The position numbers and the translations under genes were made by a program. Below the pieces are notes generated by a model. It did no database searches. It was not told the DNA's origin and saw only the letters and a list, made by a program, of their open reading frames with translations. A stretch of 64,000 nt of DNA from Octopus sinensis. Lineage: Eukaryota. Below, one piece after another: positions 52,541 to 64,000 of this stretch (position 1 is its first letter; every line of letters starts with the position of its first letter). The stretch spans positions 86,924,001 through 86,988,000 of the forward strand of contig NC_043002.1 in assembly GCF_006345805.1 (NCBI RefSeq), read 5' to 3'.

Positions 52541-52857
52541 ACTCTTACTCTTTACTCTTTTACTTGTTTCAGTCATTTGACTGCGGCCATGCTGGAGCAC
52601 CGCCTTTAGTCGAGCAAATCGACCCCAGGACTTATTCTTTGTAAGCCCAGTACTTATTCTATCGGTCTCTTTTGCCGAACCGCTAAGTGACGGGGACGTA
52701 AACACACCAGCATCGGTTGTCAAGCAATGCTAGAGGGACAAACACAGACACACAAACTATAGCAGAAGACACTTGCCCAAGATGCCACGCAGTGGGACTG
52801 AACCCGGAACCATGTGGTTGGTTAGCAAGCTACTTACCACACAGCCACTCCTGCGCC
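52541..52857 (-). mobile_element. SINE family 1, little diverged, with an internal deletion
   Basis: CpGs are retained; the segment between the microsatellite and tatagcagaag is missing relative to 19016-19429. Confidence 0.9.
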
Positions 52858-53691
52858 TAAGAACTACAAAAGTGTTCAAAATTTAGTTTATTCAGTTGAC
52901 TAGTTAGTCTATGCGTGGAATGTACCCTAAAATTCTACAGGGTGAGCTCTCAGGTGACACCTGTAATGCAGGCACAGCAATGATCACTGTGTGTATAAAC
53001 ACATAATAGTAAGTGCTAGTTCTGTGAATACAGACAGCATATTGGTAATTTGGCCACATATTTTCCATTTATTGAAAGTGCAAAAATAATCCTGAAGCAC
53101 CTTTAATTTGCTTGACCTAAACTAACATGCTTATTGATCTATCATTATCAAATCAAGGTTTGTTCTAATTTATTTATCAAGACTACTTATTGATTTTTTT
53201 CTAATATATTTTTCAGGAAGTACTTCTCTATTTTCAATAAAGAAAACTGGCTAAGGTGATAAAACAGCAGTTTGACTAATGTCCAAGTAAATATATCTGT
53301 AATAAAAAATTAAGAGAAGAGAAGAACTGAAGTAAAACTATTTGAACCAGTACATATTGTGACATACATTTAAAGTTTGGTTTTAATGACACTAGTAATA
53401 ATAATCATTTATTTACAATACCAAATTATCAAACGATGTCATGTGATTATCAAAACTAATTTTTGGATAACCAACATCCTAAATACTTGAATAAGCCAAT
53501 AGGATTTTTAGTAAATAAGATTGATTTATGTTCTGCCAAAAAAAAAAAAATTTTAATTTAAAAAATAGAAATAAGTGCACTTTGGCATTTTATGAAGTTT
53601 CAAACCTGACAACCAAGATGAAGTATCCACATAATTATTGGGGGAAAAGTTAATGTCAGTATTGAAAATGTAACATCTCTTCTTCATTATT

Positions 53692-53960
53692 TAACATCCA
53701 TTTTTCATGCTGGTATTGGATGGACAGTTTGACAAGCTGGCAAGCCAGAGGACAGCACCAGTCTCCACTGTCTGCTTTGGCATGGTTTTTATGGATGGAT
53801 GCCCTTCCTAATGCCAATCATTTTACAGAGTGAACTGGGTGTTTTTTTACATGGCATCAGCACTGGGGAGGTCCATTTTGGCATAGTTTTCACAGCTGGA
53901 TGCCCTTTCTAACATCAACCATTTTACAGACAGGACTGGATGCTTTTTAAGTAATGTTTT
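53692..53960 (-). mobile_element. Diverged RTE 3'-UTR elements (family 4)
   Basis: Reverse of the tail and two ggatgccct...ctaa..cc aatca/aacca blocks. Confidence 0.7.
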
Positions 53961-55479
53961 AGAAAGGGTACTATTGGAACATAGGCAATGGAGCAAGGCA
54001 ATGTCAACAATGAATCGTTCCAGAGAATCCAAACAGTAACGCCAATCCATAAGTGCACTGCTGTATATGTGTCCCTTAATTGTGAACTGTTCAAGTATGT
54101 GTGGACTTTAAACTAGCAGGATTAATATCCTCTTTTACATTGTGAATTGCAAAATGTTGTGAAAAGAAAACATTTTAAACAATTGTTTGAATTAAGAAAT
54201 GAAATTGTTTCGATATCAACATCAACTTTTAAAGGAAGATAGTTTTTGATTAGTTATATACAACAGGTGGCCAATTAAGTGACATAAGGCTTAAATGAAT
54301 TAAAATCTAAATTTACATGGAACAAAGATAGATGCTTCTATTAAAGTTCATGAGAAAACGGGAGTAAATCAACAATGACTTTGTGGAAGCAACAAGTTCT
54401 AAACGAACATTTCAAGTCCTTTGCAGCATAATTTGATTTTTTTTTTTTTTTTTTTTGGAAAATCATTCTAAAATATATTTAAAATTACATATATAACTTC
54501 TGCATCAAGCGAAGTTTAATAAAAATTTTAACGAATAATTTTCTTCAAATTCATGCTTACAAAGTGTGACGAAAATAAAGAAATGCACAGTTAAATGAAC
54601 AGCAAGTGGATTCTTGCACTGAACTTTCATGCAACACTGCACTGAAGTAACTATTCCAGAACATCTGCCAAATTAATTATTGTATATAAATAAGAAAGTA
54701 GTGTGATTTTTTAAAACTCTTCCTGATGTACGAACTGTTATGATGACAGTAAACATAATCATTCACATCAATATGTGAAATTATTTCTTGCATTCTTCCA
54801 TTTACCCAATTTCTTCCATAAATAAATGCATGTCTAATTTTATATTGCAATTTAAAACTTCGTAGTCCAATAAGTTGTAGAATTTAATTGCGTTCATTTA
54901 TTTCTAATTAGCAGACATAAAAAAATCATGGTCAACATAAGTATACTTGGATAAAAATTATAAATAGGTGAAACAAAATATTGTTATTTAAGGCTTTATT
55001 ATTAACTGTGAGAAATAATTGTTTTTATTGGGATTTTTGACTTAGAAATCCTCTAATTTATTAGCGTACACAGCGTATTTAATATAATCCTTTTCACATA
55101 TAAAAATGTTGGCATTCTGGGCCACAACAATAAATAATAAACAAAAAGAAAGGACGAAAAAAGAGAATAACTAGAAAAAAGTGACACCGAAGAATTTACG
55201 TCGCTAAACTACATTTTAACCAATTAATTCTTTGATTCAAAGGCAAAAACCTTGTAAACAGCTTTTTCTAAGAACACTGCTTCTAAAAAGCTGCGATTAT
55301 GGAATGACAAGACGAAACGGAGTGGTGGGGGAAAGCCGACATATTTTTTATTATTCCAAATTATAATTTTAAGCAAAATATAACAGAAAAGTCTGCAAGG
55401 AATAAGGCATGTTTAATTTAAAATAGGTTTGATGATCAAGTGAATGAATGACAGAAATAAGTTAACCTATATACGTAGT

Positions 55480-55566
55480 GAAGCGGCTTCAGGACGTCAG
55501 TCACGTGTTTTAGTTTACACGCACCAAGCAGCTTGGTACTCATGTACTCAGCTGGAAACTGTAAGT
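55480..55566 (+). promoter_or_regulatory. Candidate promoter and short first exon
   Basis: CRE-like GACGTCA (55493-55499) abutting E-box GTCACGTG (55500-55507); donor ACT|GTAAGT at 55561; at the edge of the CpG-rich zone. Confidence 0.5.
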
Positions 55567-57946
55567 AAATCTTTGCTCGCGTGCGCGCAACACACACACA
55601 CGCATATACGAGTATAAGTTTTTTTATATATGTATACGCAGTAAAATAAATTCATTCGTTGTATATTTATACATACACATATAGTCGTATCTACTTTTTA
55701 GATATAAACAAATTCACACAGATCTATTAGATATATATAATACGCAATATACATTATACAAGTGTGTGTATATGTGCATCTGCTTATAGAGGTAAACAGT
55801 TAAATAAATGCGTACATATACACAACATATATAAATGCATCTGCTTATTGAAATGAACATAGTTAAATTCACACGCATATAAGAATGTACATACACACAT
55901 ATTCACAAACGGCTCATGATTCTTAAAATCGACCCAAATATCTGACAGGTATCTTATCGGCTCCGGGCAGACGTCGTCCTAGGTGGGATTTGAATTTAGC
56001 GTCTAGGTATTTATCCTATCGTCTAACGAGTCTAGCAATCCACAGCTGACTTATTTACAAATTCCAGAAAGATGAGTGTAAAGCAGCCTTTTGCGTGATT
56101 CGAACTCGGAATGTAAAGGGACGTAACTATTTGGAGCAAGGTATTTAGTCCGGCATTCCTCCATTTCTCCCTTCCACCACCCACACACTTATGGTGACAC
56201 GGTTTTAACCATATATTTGTGGATAGAGTCGGGATGAAGAAATCTATATTATCATTAGTGTCTGTCTCCCACCAACACCCGTTCCCTTTTTCACAAACAC
56301 AACCATCATCGTCAAAATACACAACAAATATTTGGCAATTAAAGTATAAAAATCATTTAATATTCTAGATATTTTAAGAATAATAATTAAACAGCTAATT
56401 AGTGCTAATATAGATTTCTGAAAACAAATGTATAGTTTTAATTTTTCTTTACTTTTTATTTCACATTAATTTAATCAGACTATCATTAGGAATTTATGCC
56501 AAAAACATTTTAATTTCCGATTTTGTATTCATTGATAAAGCTCAGGCGAAAATTGTATAAGAAAACATAAGGTTTGAGTTGAACCCCGCCCCCAAAACCC
56601 CCACTAAACTAAATTCGGTCAAAACCCAATAATAACGAGTCTCAGAGCATTTGCTGTGGGTTTAAATCGAACTTTTCGGAAAAGAGCACCCGGAAAACTA
56701 CATCAGCAATTCAGTTTCTGCCCCCGATTGTAGACATTTTCTTCCCACGAATATCATTTCTGCCTTGTTCCTTTTGGTGAGGTTGTGTCAACTTATTAAA
56801 TCATTTGAGAAAGGGATAAAGTTTAGTTTAGTATAACAGTGGCACTGAACCTGTACGATGCAAATAACACTTTTGAAACAGGCGACTAAGTTGGAAGAGA
56901 AGATATTTAACGAAATACTTGGTGAATATGTTCAGCAAAGACAATGGAAATTCTACACATATCCAGAAATACCAAAGATCTCAAGCAAGAGGGGACAGAT
57001 AAATGCTTAAATACTCAAGTCACAAGACCAACATAACCTATAAAAAAAAACCATTGCATGCATCCCTTATTAACATAGTATTCCAATCAAACAGCTTTAC
57101 TCAGAGATCAAAAGGATGTTTCTTATTCCTAATATGTGCATTATACAGGTACAATACTAATAAAGACCAATTCAAACAATAATTCGAAAAAGTATAGAGT
57201 GGGTGTTTCACAACATCCCTTCCAAATAAAATAGTTGACTTCCTTTCGTACGTACGTCTGCTAGACAATAATGAAGGAACGGATTCTATAATCCCGAATT
57301 CCCGCAAGACATTTGGCAACGCAAAATTCTGAAACAGTATCTGAACACAGGTACAACATAGACTTTAAGGGACACAACAATATATTGATTACGAAGCTTC
57401 CTTGCAGACAAAAAAAAAATCACTATCAAGGGCACTGAGTGAAAGCTAACTTTAATGACATTTCAATATGTAATGCTGAACTATCTAGTTTTTTCAATAG
57501 TAATATGTTTTGCATTCAAAATCATCAAATCGGCAATTCATTCTTTAAAAAAGAGGACTTGAAATCTTGGTTCATTGAGGATAAATCTTATGTATAGAAT
57601 ACAACTTAAAGAAATATTAAGCTTTGATAGTTTCTAAAAAGAACCCAATCATCTGTACCGAAGATTAAAAAAAAAAAAAATCAAATTTGTCAAAATCCAC
57701 GTTAGTGACAATTAAAGTGGGAGGATCAATGATCGGAAACTCCAGGCAAAACTTTGTTGTAAGTCTCAGAAGTTCGGGTGCACGTGGCAAGGAAACTAAA
57801 TAAGGAAACTTCTTGCAAAGGAAAACCAATTTCGAATTTATATAAGTCTAAATTGGTATAAATGTACATGAGATTGTTAGTAAAACTTTCGTGTTTGGTC
57901 GTCTGAAGGAAGAAGTGGTTGTACCCTTGCCTTTTGCAAGCCCTCC

Positions 57947-58288
57947 ATGAGCGATGAGGTCAACTCCCAAAATCTGCAGGACATGCTCAGAGAAAGTTTC
58001 CTTGCTTCAATAATTTCGATTGGCGCCGTGGAATGCGATCCAATAGAATATCCGAAAATGGGGAGCTCCAAGCAGCAAAAAAGTTCCCCGATACAACTGC
58101 CCGAAGATCAAGGCATCTCAATCCAGAAACAACTGGACTGTTTTCATCTGTTATTCCAACAACCACCGCACTTTAGAAATCCCACGCTTAAATCACTGTC
58201 AATCGAAATTGATATTCTGTATAAGTTGAAGGACTTAACACTAGTTTTCTTGACCTCTAAGTTCTATCCATTATCCCACTTCTTCTAA
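57947..58288 (+). CDS. 113-codon ORF of unknown nature
   Basis: GC- and CpG-richer, non-repetitive, ATG start; no motif recognised. Confidence 0.2.
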   Translation: MSDEVNSQNLQDMLRESFLASIISIGAVECDPIEYPKMGSSKQQKSSPIQLPEDQGISIQKQLDCFHLLFQQPPHFRNPTLKSLSIEIDILYKLKDLTLVFLTSKFYPLSHFF

Positions 58289-58714
58289 ATTTTATTTTAT
58301 TGTTTTTAGTAACCGCTGTCAACTAATAAATATTATTATTATTTTCCATTTTATACTCTTCATCTTAATTATTTTGCAATATTTACCTTACAACCAACAA
58401 CTTGAGTTTGTTAAAATGGTCACAGTAAAGAAACAGAATAAGGAAGAGGAAAATTCTAACAAAAAGATTAAATTAAAATCTTTCGCAGTCTATATGTTTA
58501 ATATAATCTGGATTTATAAACACAAACTTAACTGAGTTATAAAAACTAGAAGAAAAAATATAGAAGGGCAGTGGCCTTAACAAGAATTATCGATTTAACG
58601 TATCACATTTTGAAGAAACAAAAAAAGATGCTGTTATTGTCGATATTAATGATGATGACGATAGTAATAATTCAAAATGTTATTCAATTTAGAGGCAATT
58701 TTAGATAAACTTAC

Positions 58715-58854
58715 CGGCTACGTTAGGCTGTTCCCCTTTTTTCTTTGAAGCAGTGACATTGGCACCCGGAAAATCCTGTTTCTCGAGGAGGTCCTTCAAA
58801 CTGAGACCACGGGCAGATGTCAGGTTGCTGGTCATAGTTGGATCGACGGCCGGA
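58715..58854 (-). CDS. Candidate start-codon exon (ATG 58835; MTSNLTSARGLSLKDLLEKQDFPGANVTASKKKGEQPNVA)
   Basis: Acceptor ttctgtttttgtccatattag and donor CCG|GTAAGT; only one frame is open through the exon; GC-rich unique sequence. Confidence 0.55.
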
Positions 58855-59764
58855 CTAATATGGACAAAAACAGAAGTAAGAACAACAAACACACGATTTC
58901 AAGTGACTGAAAATTTTGTTAAGTTGAACATTTGACAAGAATTATAGCAAAAGAACTGAAACAATATATCTGAGAATAATCTTTCTTTTACATCCTATGC
59001 TCTAAACGTGTTGATATATATATAATCTGTATATATGGATATATATATATATATGTGCACATTTACACCAAGCACATTCTATGCACATGTTCGTGTATAT
59101 ATACATATATCTAAATATTTGAGTAAATACACATTTATATATAAATATATTTACATTTACACATAAACTCTACAACCGATTATTATATGTAAACACATAC
59201 ACACATGTGTCTTCTTTTATATTACATACATACCAGTTTCAGCCTTTCATTTCATAATAGAAAATTACTGTTGTTTATAAATAGTAAAGTTTTCGCACCT
59301 ATATATATATGTGTGTGTGTTTGAATGAATCGGAATAAATGTTTAAATTTGTCCAGGTATCTGAAAAGCAGTGGTTTCAGTACATACACGCAAGATTTCT
59401 TTCAATAAAGCTTTCCACGGGAAGATGTAGACAATTGAAAGGTAGAATCTCGTTTAGGTCTAAGTTATTTTCAATTGATTGGAGCTTGTAGTAAATGTGC
59501 CTTCGCTTTACCACCAAGATTGTGTGTATGTGTACGGTAGTGTGTGTGTATGCGCACTTGCGCGCGTGTGTATCTATGAATGTATGCGGACTTGCGCGTG
59601 TGTATGTGAGCGTGTGTGTATTTAGAGAAGCGTCTACTCTTTCTCTGTGTGTCTATGTGTGTGGTTAATTCAGAGCAGTGCTCTTACAAGTACCAACTAT
59701 ATGAATACCGCATTTAAGCTCTGTACGTATGTAAGCGAGGATTACATGTGTATGTGTCTGTACA

Positions 59765-59772
59765 TATATCTA

Positions 59773-59815
<43 letters not shown>

Positions 59816-59820
59816 ATATA

Positions 59821-59907
<87 letters not shown>

Positions 59908-59910
59908 ATG

Positions 59911-59941
<31 letters not shown>

Positions 59942-59942
59942 T
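59765..59942. repeat. Compound (TCTA)n(TA)n(TG)n microsatellite
   Basis: Direct reading. Confidence 0.97.
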
Positions 59943-60709
59943 CGAGGGTGTATTATACGTCCTATGAGAAACTATATGGCTGTCACATTGAAGTTGTCGC
60001 TGTTAGTTTTTATTTGCCTGTCAGTGTTTATTAATCTAAATATACAGTCTAACTAGTATTACTAGTTTATAATATACATATTCATTTATTCATATTTACA
60101 TAAATATACATACACGCATAGATGTATGTACAGAAGTGTTTAATACAGAAATCAAGTGTGTGCATATTATCTGTGTTTGTGTATATAATGCGTGGTGGGT
60201 TGGGGGTGTAATTAGCTCTGTGTATTTGGCTAGTTGCTTAGGAAGACATGAAAATAAAAAAGAAAAACAGCGTGTATATAAATATGAAATGGTGTGTGGC
60301 TACGAAAGGGAGCACTTTAACCAATGAATAACAAATATCAGAGATTCCTCTCACGTTGACGGAATAGACAAAACACGTGCGCCCTTACACCCAGTACACA
60401 TCAACTTCGAGAGGAAACTAAAGTAAGAATAATCACAAAGATCAAAGCAATCGCTGTATTTCAAGGACGTATAGACGACTAAAAATCATCAATCGAGCCA
60501 TACCATTATTTTTTTCCCCTCTTTTATTATTTTTTGAACTTCAAAAAACGGACGACAAAATCGTCTCTTTAAAGTGTTACATTTAAGGCCGTTTCCTTCT
60601 TACACCCTACCCAAAATTACAACAACAACAACTACTACAACAACAATAATAATAATAATTTCAAAAATAAAAACAATCAATTGTAAATGAAAACAAAGCA
60701 AAACTATAC

Positions 60710-60890
60710 CTCGGAGACACTGTTATGGATGAAGTTGATCGAGACAGACTCTAGTCTCTTATAGCGAAACAGGCATATTCGTTGTTTAATAATAAATTTT
60801 TTCTTTCACTTCCCTTCGAAGTTGACCTGGAAATACTCTTGCACTTTCCAAGGTCGTTTAAACTATAACTCAAGGATGTTCGCACTGTTA
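60710..60890 (-). promoter_or_regulatory. Candidate non-coding upstream exon
   Basis: Donor CCGAG|GTATAG at 60709; CpG-rich unique sequence; 5' limit approximate. Confidence 0.3.
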
Positions 60891-61983
60891 TCTTTTATTA
60901 TTATTTTTTTAATAATACCCATTGTCTTCAAAATTGTTCGTCTAATTCTTTAATTATTGTAAACCCTTTACGTTTCATCACTATCAGGTGCTAATTAAAA
61001 TATATATATATACTATTTAGAATTACTCTAACACACTTGGTGGGAGGAATGTTATAACAATTGAATCAATCCCAGGACTTGATCGGTAACCATTTAATCG
61101 ATCTTAGAAAGATGAAAGGCAAACTCGCCCTCGGTGCGATTTGAACTCAGAACTTATAGTGACAAAACTAAATGGAACTAATCATTTAGTTGCACGGCTC
61201 TACTAAATTTACCATCCACCGTCTTCTGCATATACAAACACTGACGCCTGTATTTTCACATATACAAATAAAATACTAGCATTACCATACAGTCTACTGC
61301 ATATTTAGCTACTCACGCTAACACCAAGTTCTTTAATTCTATGAATTGTTCAAGAATTACACAACAAAGAGAATCAATCCACCAGTTACTGAAACAATGG
61401 GGCGGCATCCAAGCAGTCCTGACATGCTAGAAACAGCAGCCAAATTATCTCTTAAAACGCACCCTATGGTTTTAAAAAAGATCGCCTTGGACAATGATGA
61501 ACCGGATATATACAAAATATTTTTTAAAAAGTACAGAATGGTCACGACTGGAACGCCTTGATTCATAGATCTGATCCATTCATGGAAACGGATGGGAGGG
61601 TGGATGCAAAGCTAGGACGTTCCCTTTTCGCTTCACGGGGGTGTGGGAAGCGTTACTGCATCTAATCTGCTTCTTCTCTGAACCTTAGCCCAAAGAACCT
61701 TACCGTTCCCCTCATTCCTAAAAAAACTACTTTCATCCTTGGTTTGCTTTATCAGGGCTATTTTAGGGCTAATGAACAACAAAATTGGACCCTCAAGATA
61801 TGCAGCCTAGATTAACAATACAAATAGTGGAAGACAAGATTGCTTGTATTGCTCAAGTATGGCTTTAACCATGTTATCTGGTGGTACTTTACTGTGGCCT
61901 CCTTCATATTGGCAGAAGCAGTGTGTTTTCAAAGTGGGTGATACTGTCCCCAAGAGAAGAGCATGGAAAATTTTAAATGAATA

Positions 61984-62339
61984 CCAGCAATATCGCCTGG
62001 CGTTGCTCGGGTTTGTTTCGACCCTTTAGAATTGGAATTTTTGAAAAGTAAAAATTTTGCATTATGTAGCTTGTTATTCTCTTTAAGTGAACATTTTTCT
62101 GGTTGAAAAAGGGCGACACAGCAGTCAAAAAATCGTAAAAAATAGGGATTTTCATAGAAAAAAAAGCACCTTTTTAATGTAAATAGTTTTTGGTGTTAAC
62201 ATGGTCCGATTTGAACCCTACTGCTATCATACTCTCAATTTTGGTCAAGTTGCGCCACAGGGTCTCGGAGGAGATAGTGTTAGTTGAAGGCTACCAAACC
62301 TGCCATACATAGACAACTTCAGCTTTATATATAGAGAGA
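61984..62339 (-). mobile_element. Non-autonomous Helitron, second family
   Basis: Minus strand A|TCTCTCTATATATAAAG start; imperfect 3' hairpin (cgcctggcgttgctcggg on the plus strand); CTAG mutated. Confidence 0.7.
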
Positions 62340-62972
62340 TTAGGGATAAAGAAGAACTAGGGAGTAATTGATGTACCTTTCTAGGTTTTCAGTCTTTGCT
62401 TCCTATTGAAATATTAACTTTAAAAACATAATGTAATATGACATTCATGTTAATTATAAGCAATTGACCAAGATATGGTTTATAAAATGTCAAAATTAGA
62501 TGATATTTTTATACATGCAATAAAGATGACCACATTAAGTGTATATCCTGACATGTCTACACACACACACACACACAAATACACACATTATTGTTGTTGT
62601 TTAGTCAGCCCTGTTCTAATAGAAATATATTCAGAGACATTCCAGCTACGCAATAAGGGTCCTCAATGCTTGAGAACAAAGATAGTTTTGGCATTCCCAC
62701 CTTAATTGTTAATTGTTAATAAACCAGAAGATATTTTGCATTCCTTCGCACCTGCATCAGGAAGACAGGTGGTGCCCCTCTACCTCTGCCTTCCTTCTTT
62801 TGTTACACCCCTGTTAGCTGTGACCATTCATTTTTTAATTCAGCCATGGTCTATCTACAATCACATCATCAAATATGTCCTTTTAAGATACTAGGGTGTG
62901 ATTTGAGGGGGATAAGACTGTTATTTCTAACAAATCGAGTTACCATGTTGAAGCTCACCTGTTGGCATGTTT

Positions 62973-63387
62973 GGATCTTTTCAGTTTGAATGGCAGTTTT
63001 TAACATAATTTCTAGGTAACTAAAAAATTCTAAATTTCGTATACTGGTAGAATGTGTTTATAAAACATCTTTTTCTCTTGGCTTTATTGAGAAAATTCTA
63101 TAGTTTGTAAGATATTTGTTGTTTTTTTCTTCAATTTCTGCAATTTCAACCAATCAGTGACGTCTATTGAGTTAAAAAGCATTCTGTGCCGTATGAATAT
63201 GTCCCTCGTTTAAGAAACAGATTGGGTTTATTTACATTTGTGAAGAAAAAAAGATACCCTTCCCCCACCCCTAACCCTAACCCTAAAACAGATTGAAATG
63301 CAATAGATCGATTCTAGGGTCATAATTATGAGTGACAATTTCATATGACACCGCTAGAAAAAACTGCCGTTCAAACCGAAAAGATCC
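62973..63387. mobile_element. GGATC/CCCTAA MITE copy 4
   Basis: TIRs intact; 8-bp TSD with one mismatch (gcatgttt/acatgttt); cccctaaccctaaccctaa inside. Confidence 0.95.
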
Positions 63388-64000
63388 ACATGTTTATGTA
63401 TGCAGGTATCCTCTACGTTACTGAAGTATCGTGCTCTTGAAAACCTTACTGTAACATAAAATTCTGTAATGCAAAACCTACATTCCCACCGTATTACAGA
63501 ACAGATTTCATTTTACAGATAATTCAATTTTATAACAAGATTTTCAGGAAAGCAAACCTGTAATGCAAGGGATGCCTGTTTGCAGAACAAATTAGCCAAA
63601 TGAAAACAGAGGGACAAAGAACAGAGAAATAGGTAGACACATTTAGTTAAATCAACTGCATGAAATAAAATCATATCACATATCAAAAATGATTACCTTC
63701 AAATGTTTTGTAGCATGACACTAGTAAGGGAAACCAAAATAATTAAAATTTTCTAATTCAATTAATTTTGTGAATTTTCAAATAGTATCAGATATTTAAT
63801 ATAAAACTAGGGAAGAGATCCTAATAAAAGTAATTAGAGAAAATTAAGTGGATTATATACAATAAATTATCTATAATAGCGGTTCAGTTAGGTTGAAAAA
63901 GAAAGTCCTGTTGCATTTCAAGATAAGAAAGAAACATGCCATTTGGGTCTTAATTGATATATTTAATCAAGATAATATTTCCCATCATTATTGATAACAT

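Overview
AT-rich animal genomic DNA with no prokaryotic features. The repeat set (three tRNA-headed SINE families, RTE, CR1-like and Penelope retroelements, several MITEs, many microsatellites) is consistent with an octopus or other coleoid cephalopod, but that assignment is inferred from memory and not verified. Most of the window looks like transposon-laden intronic or intergenic sequence. It holds a 2.5-kb decayed CR1-type LINE, RTE 3' ends, a Penelope GIY-YIG remnant, a DD41D Tc1/mariner remnant, non-autonomous Helitrons, piggyBac-, hAT- and mariner-like MITEs, a 4-copy MITE carrying CCCTAA telomere-type repeats, and three long foldbacks. No host gene could be named. Candidate exons with good splice signals occur on both strands. 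CpG visibly increases at about 26.4-27 kb and 55.2-62.3 kb, where promoter or first-exon signals lie. The most unusual signals are two hammerhead-ribozyme-like folds (8.85 kb, and 48.45 kb at the apex of a foldback next to the Penelope endonuclease), the telomere-seeded MITE family, and a possible TatD-like coding island at 15.7-16.2 kb. All alignments and translations were done by eye.
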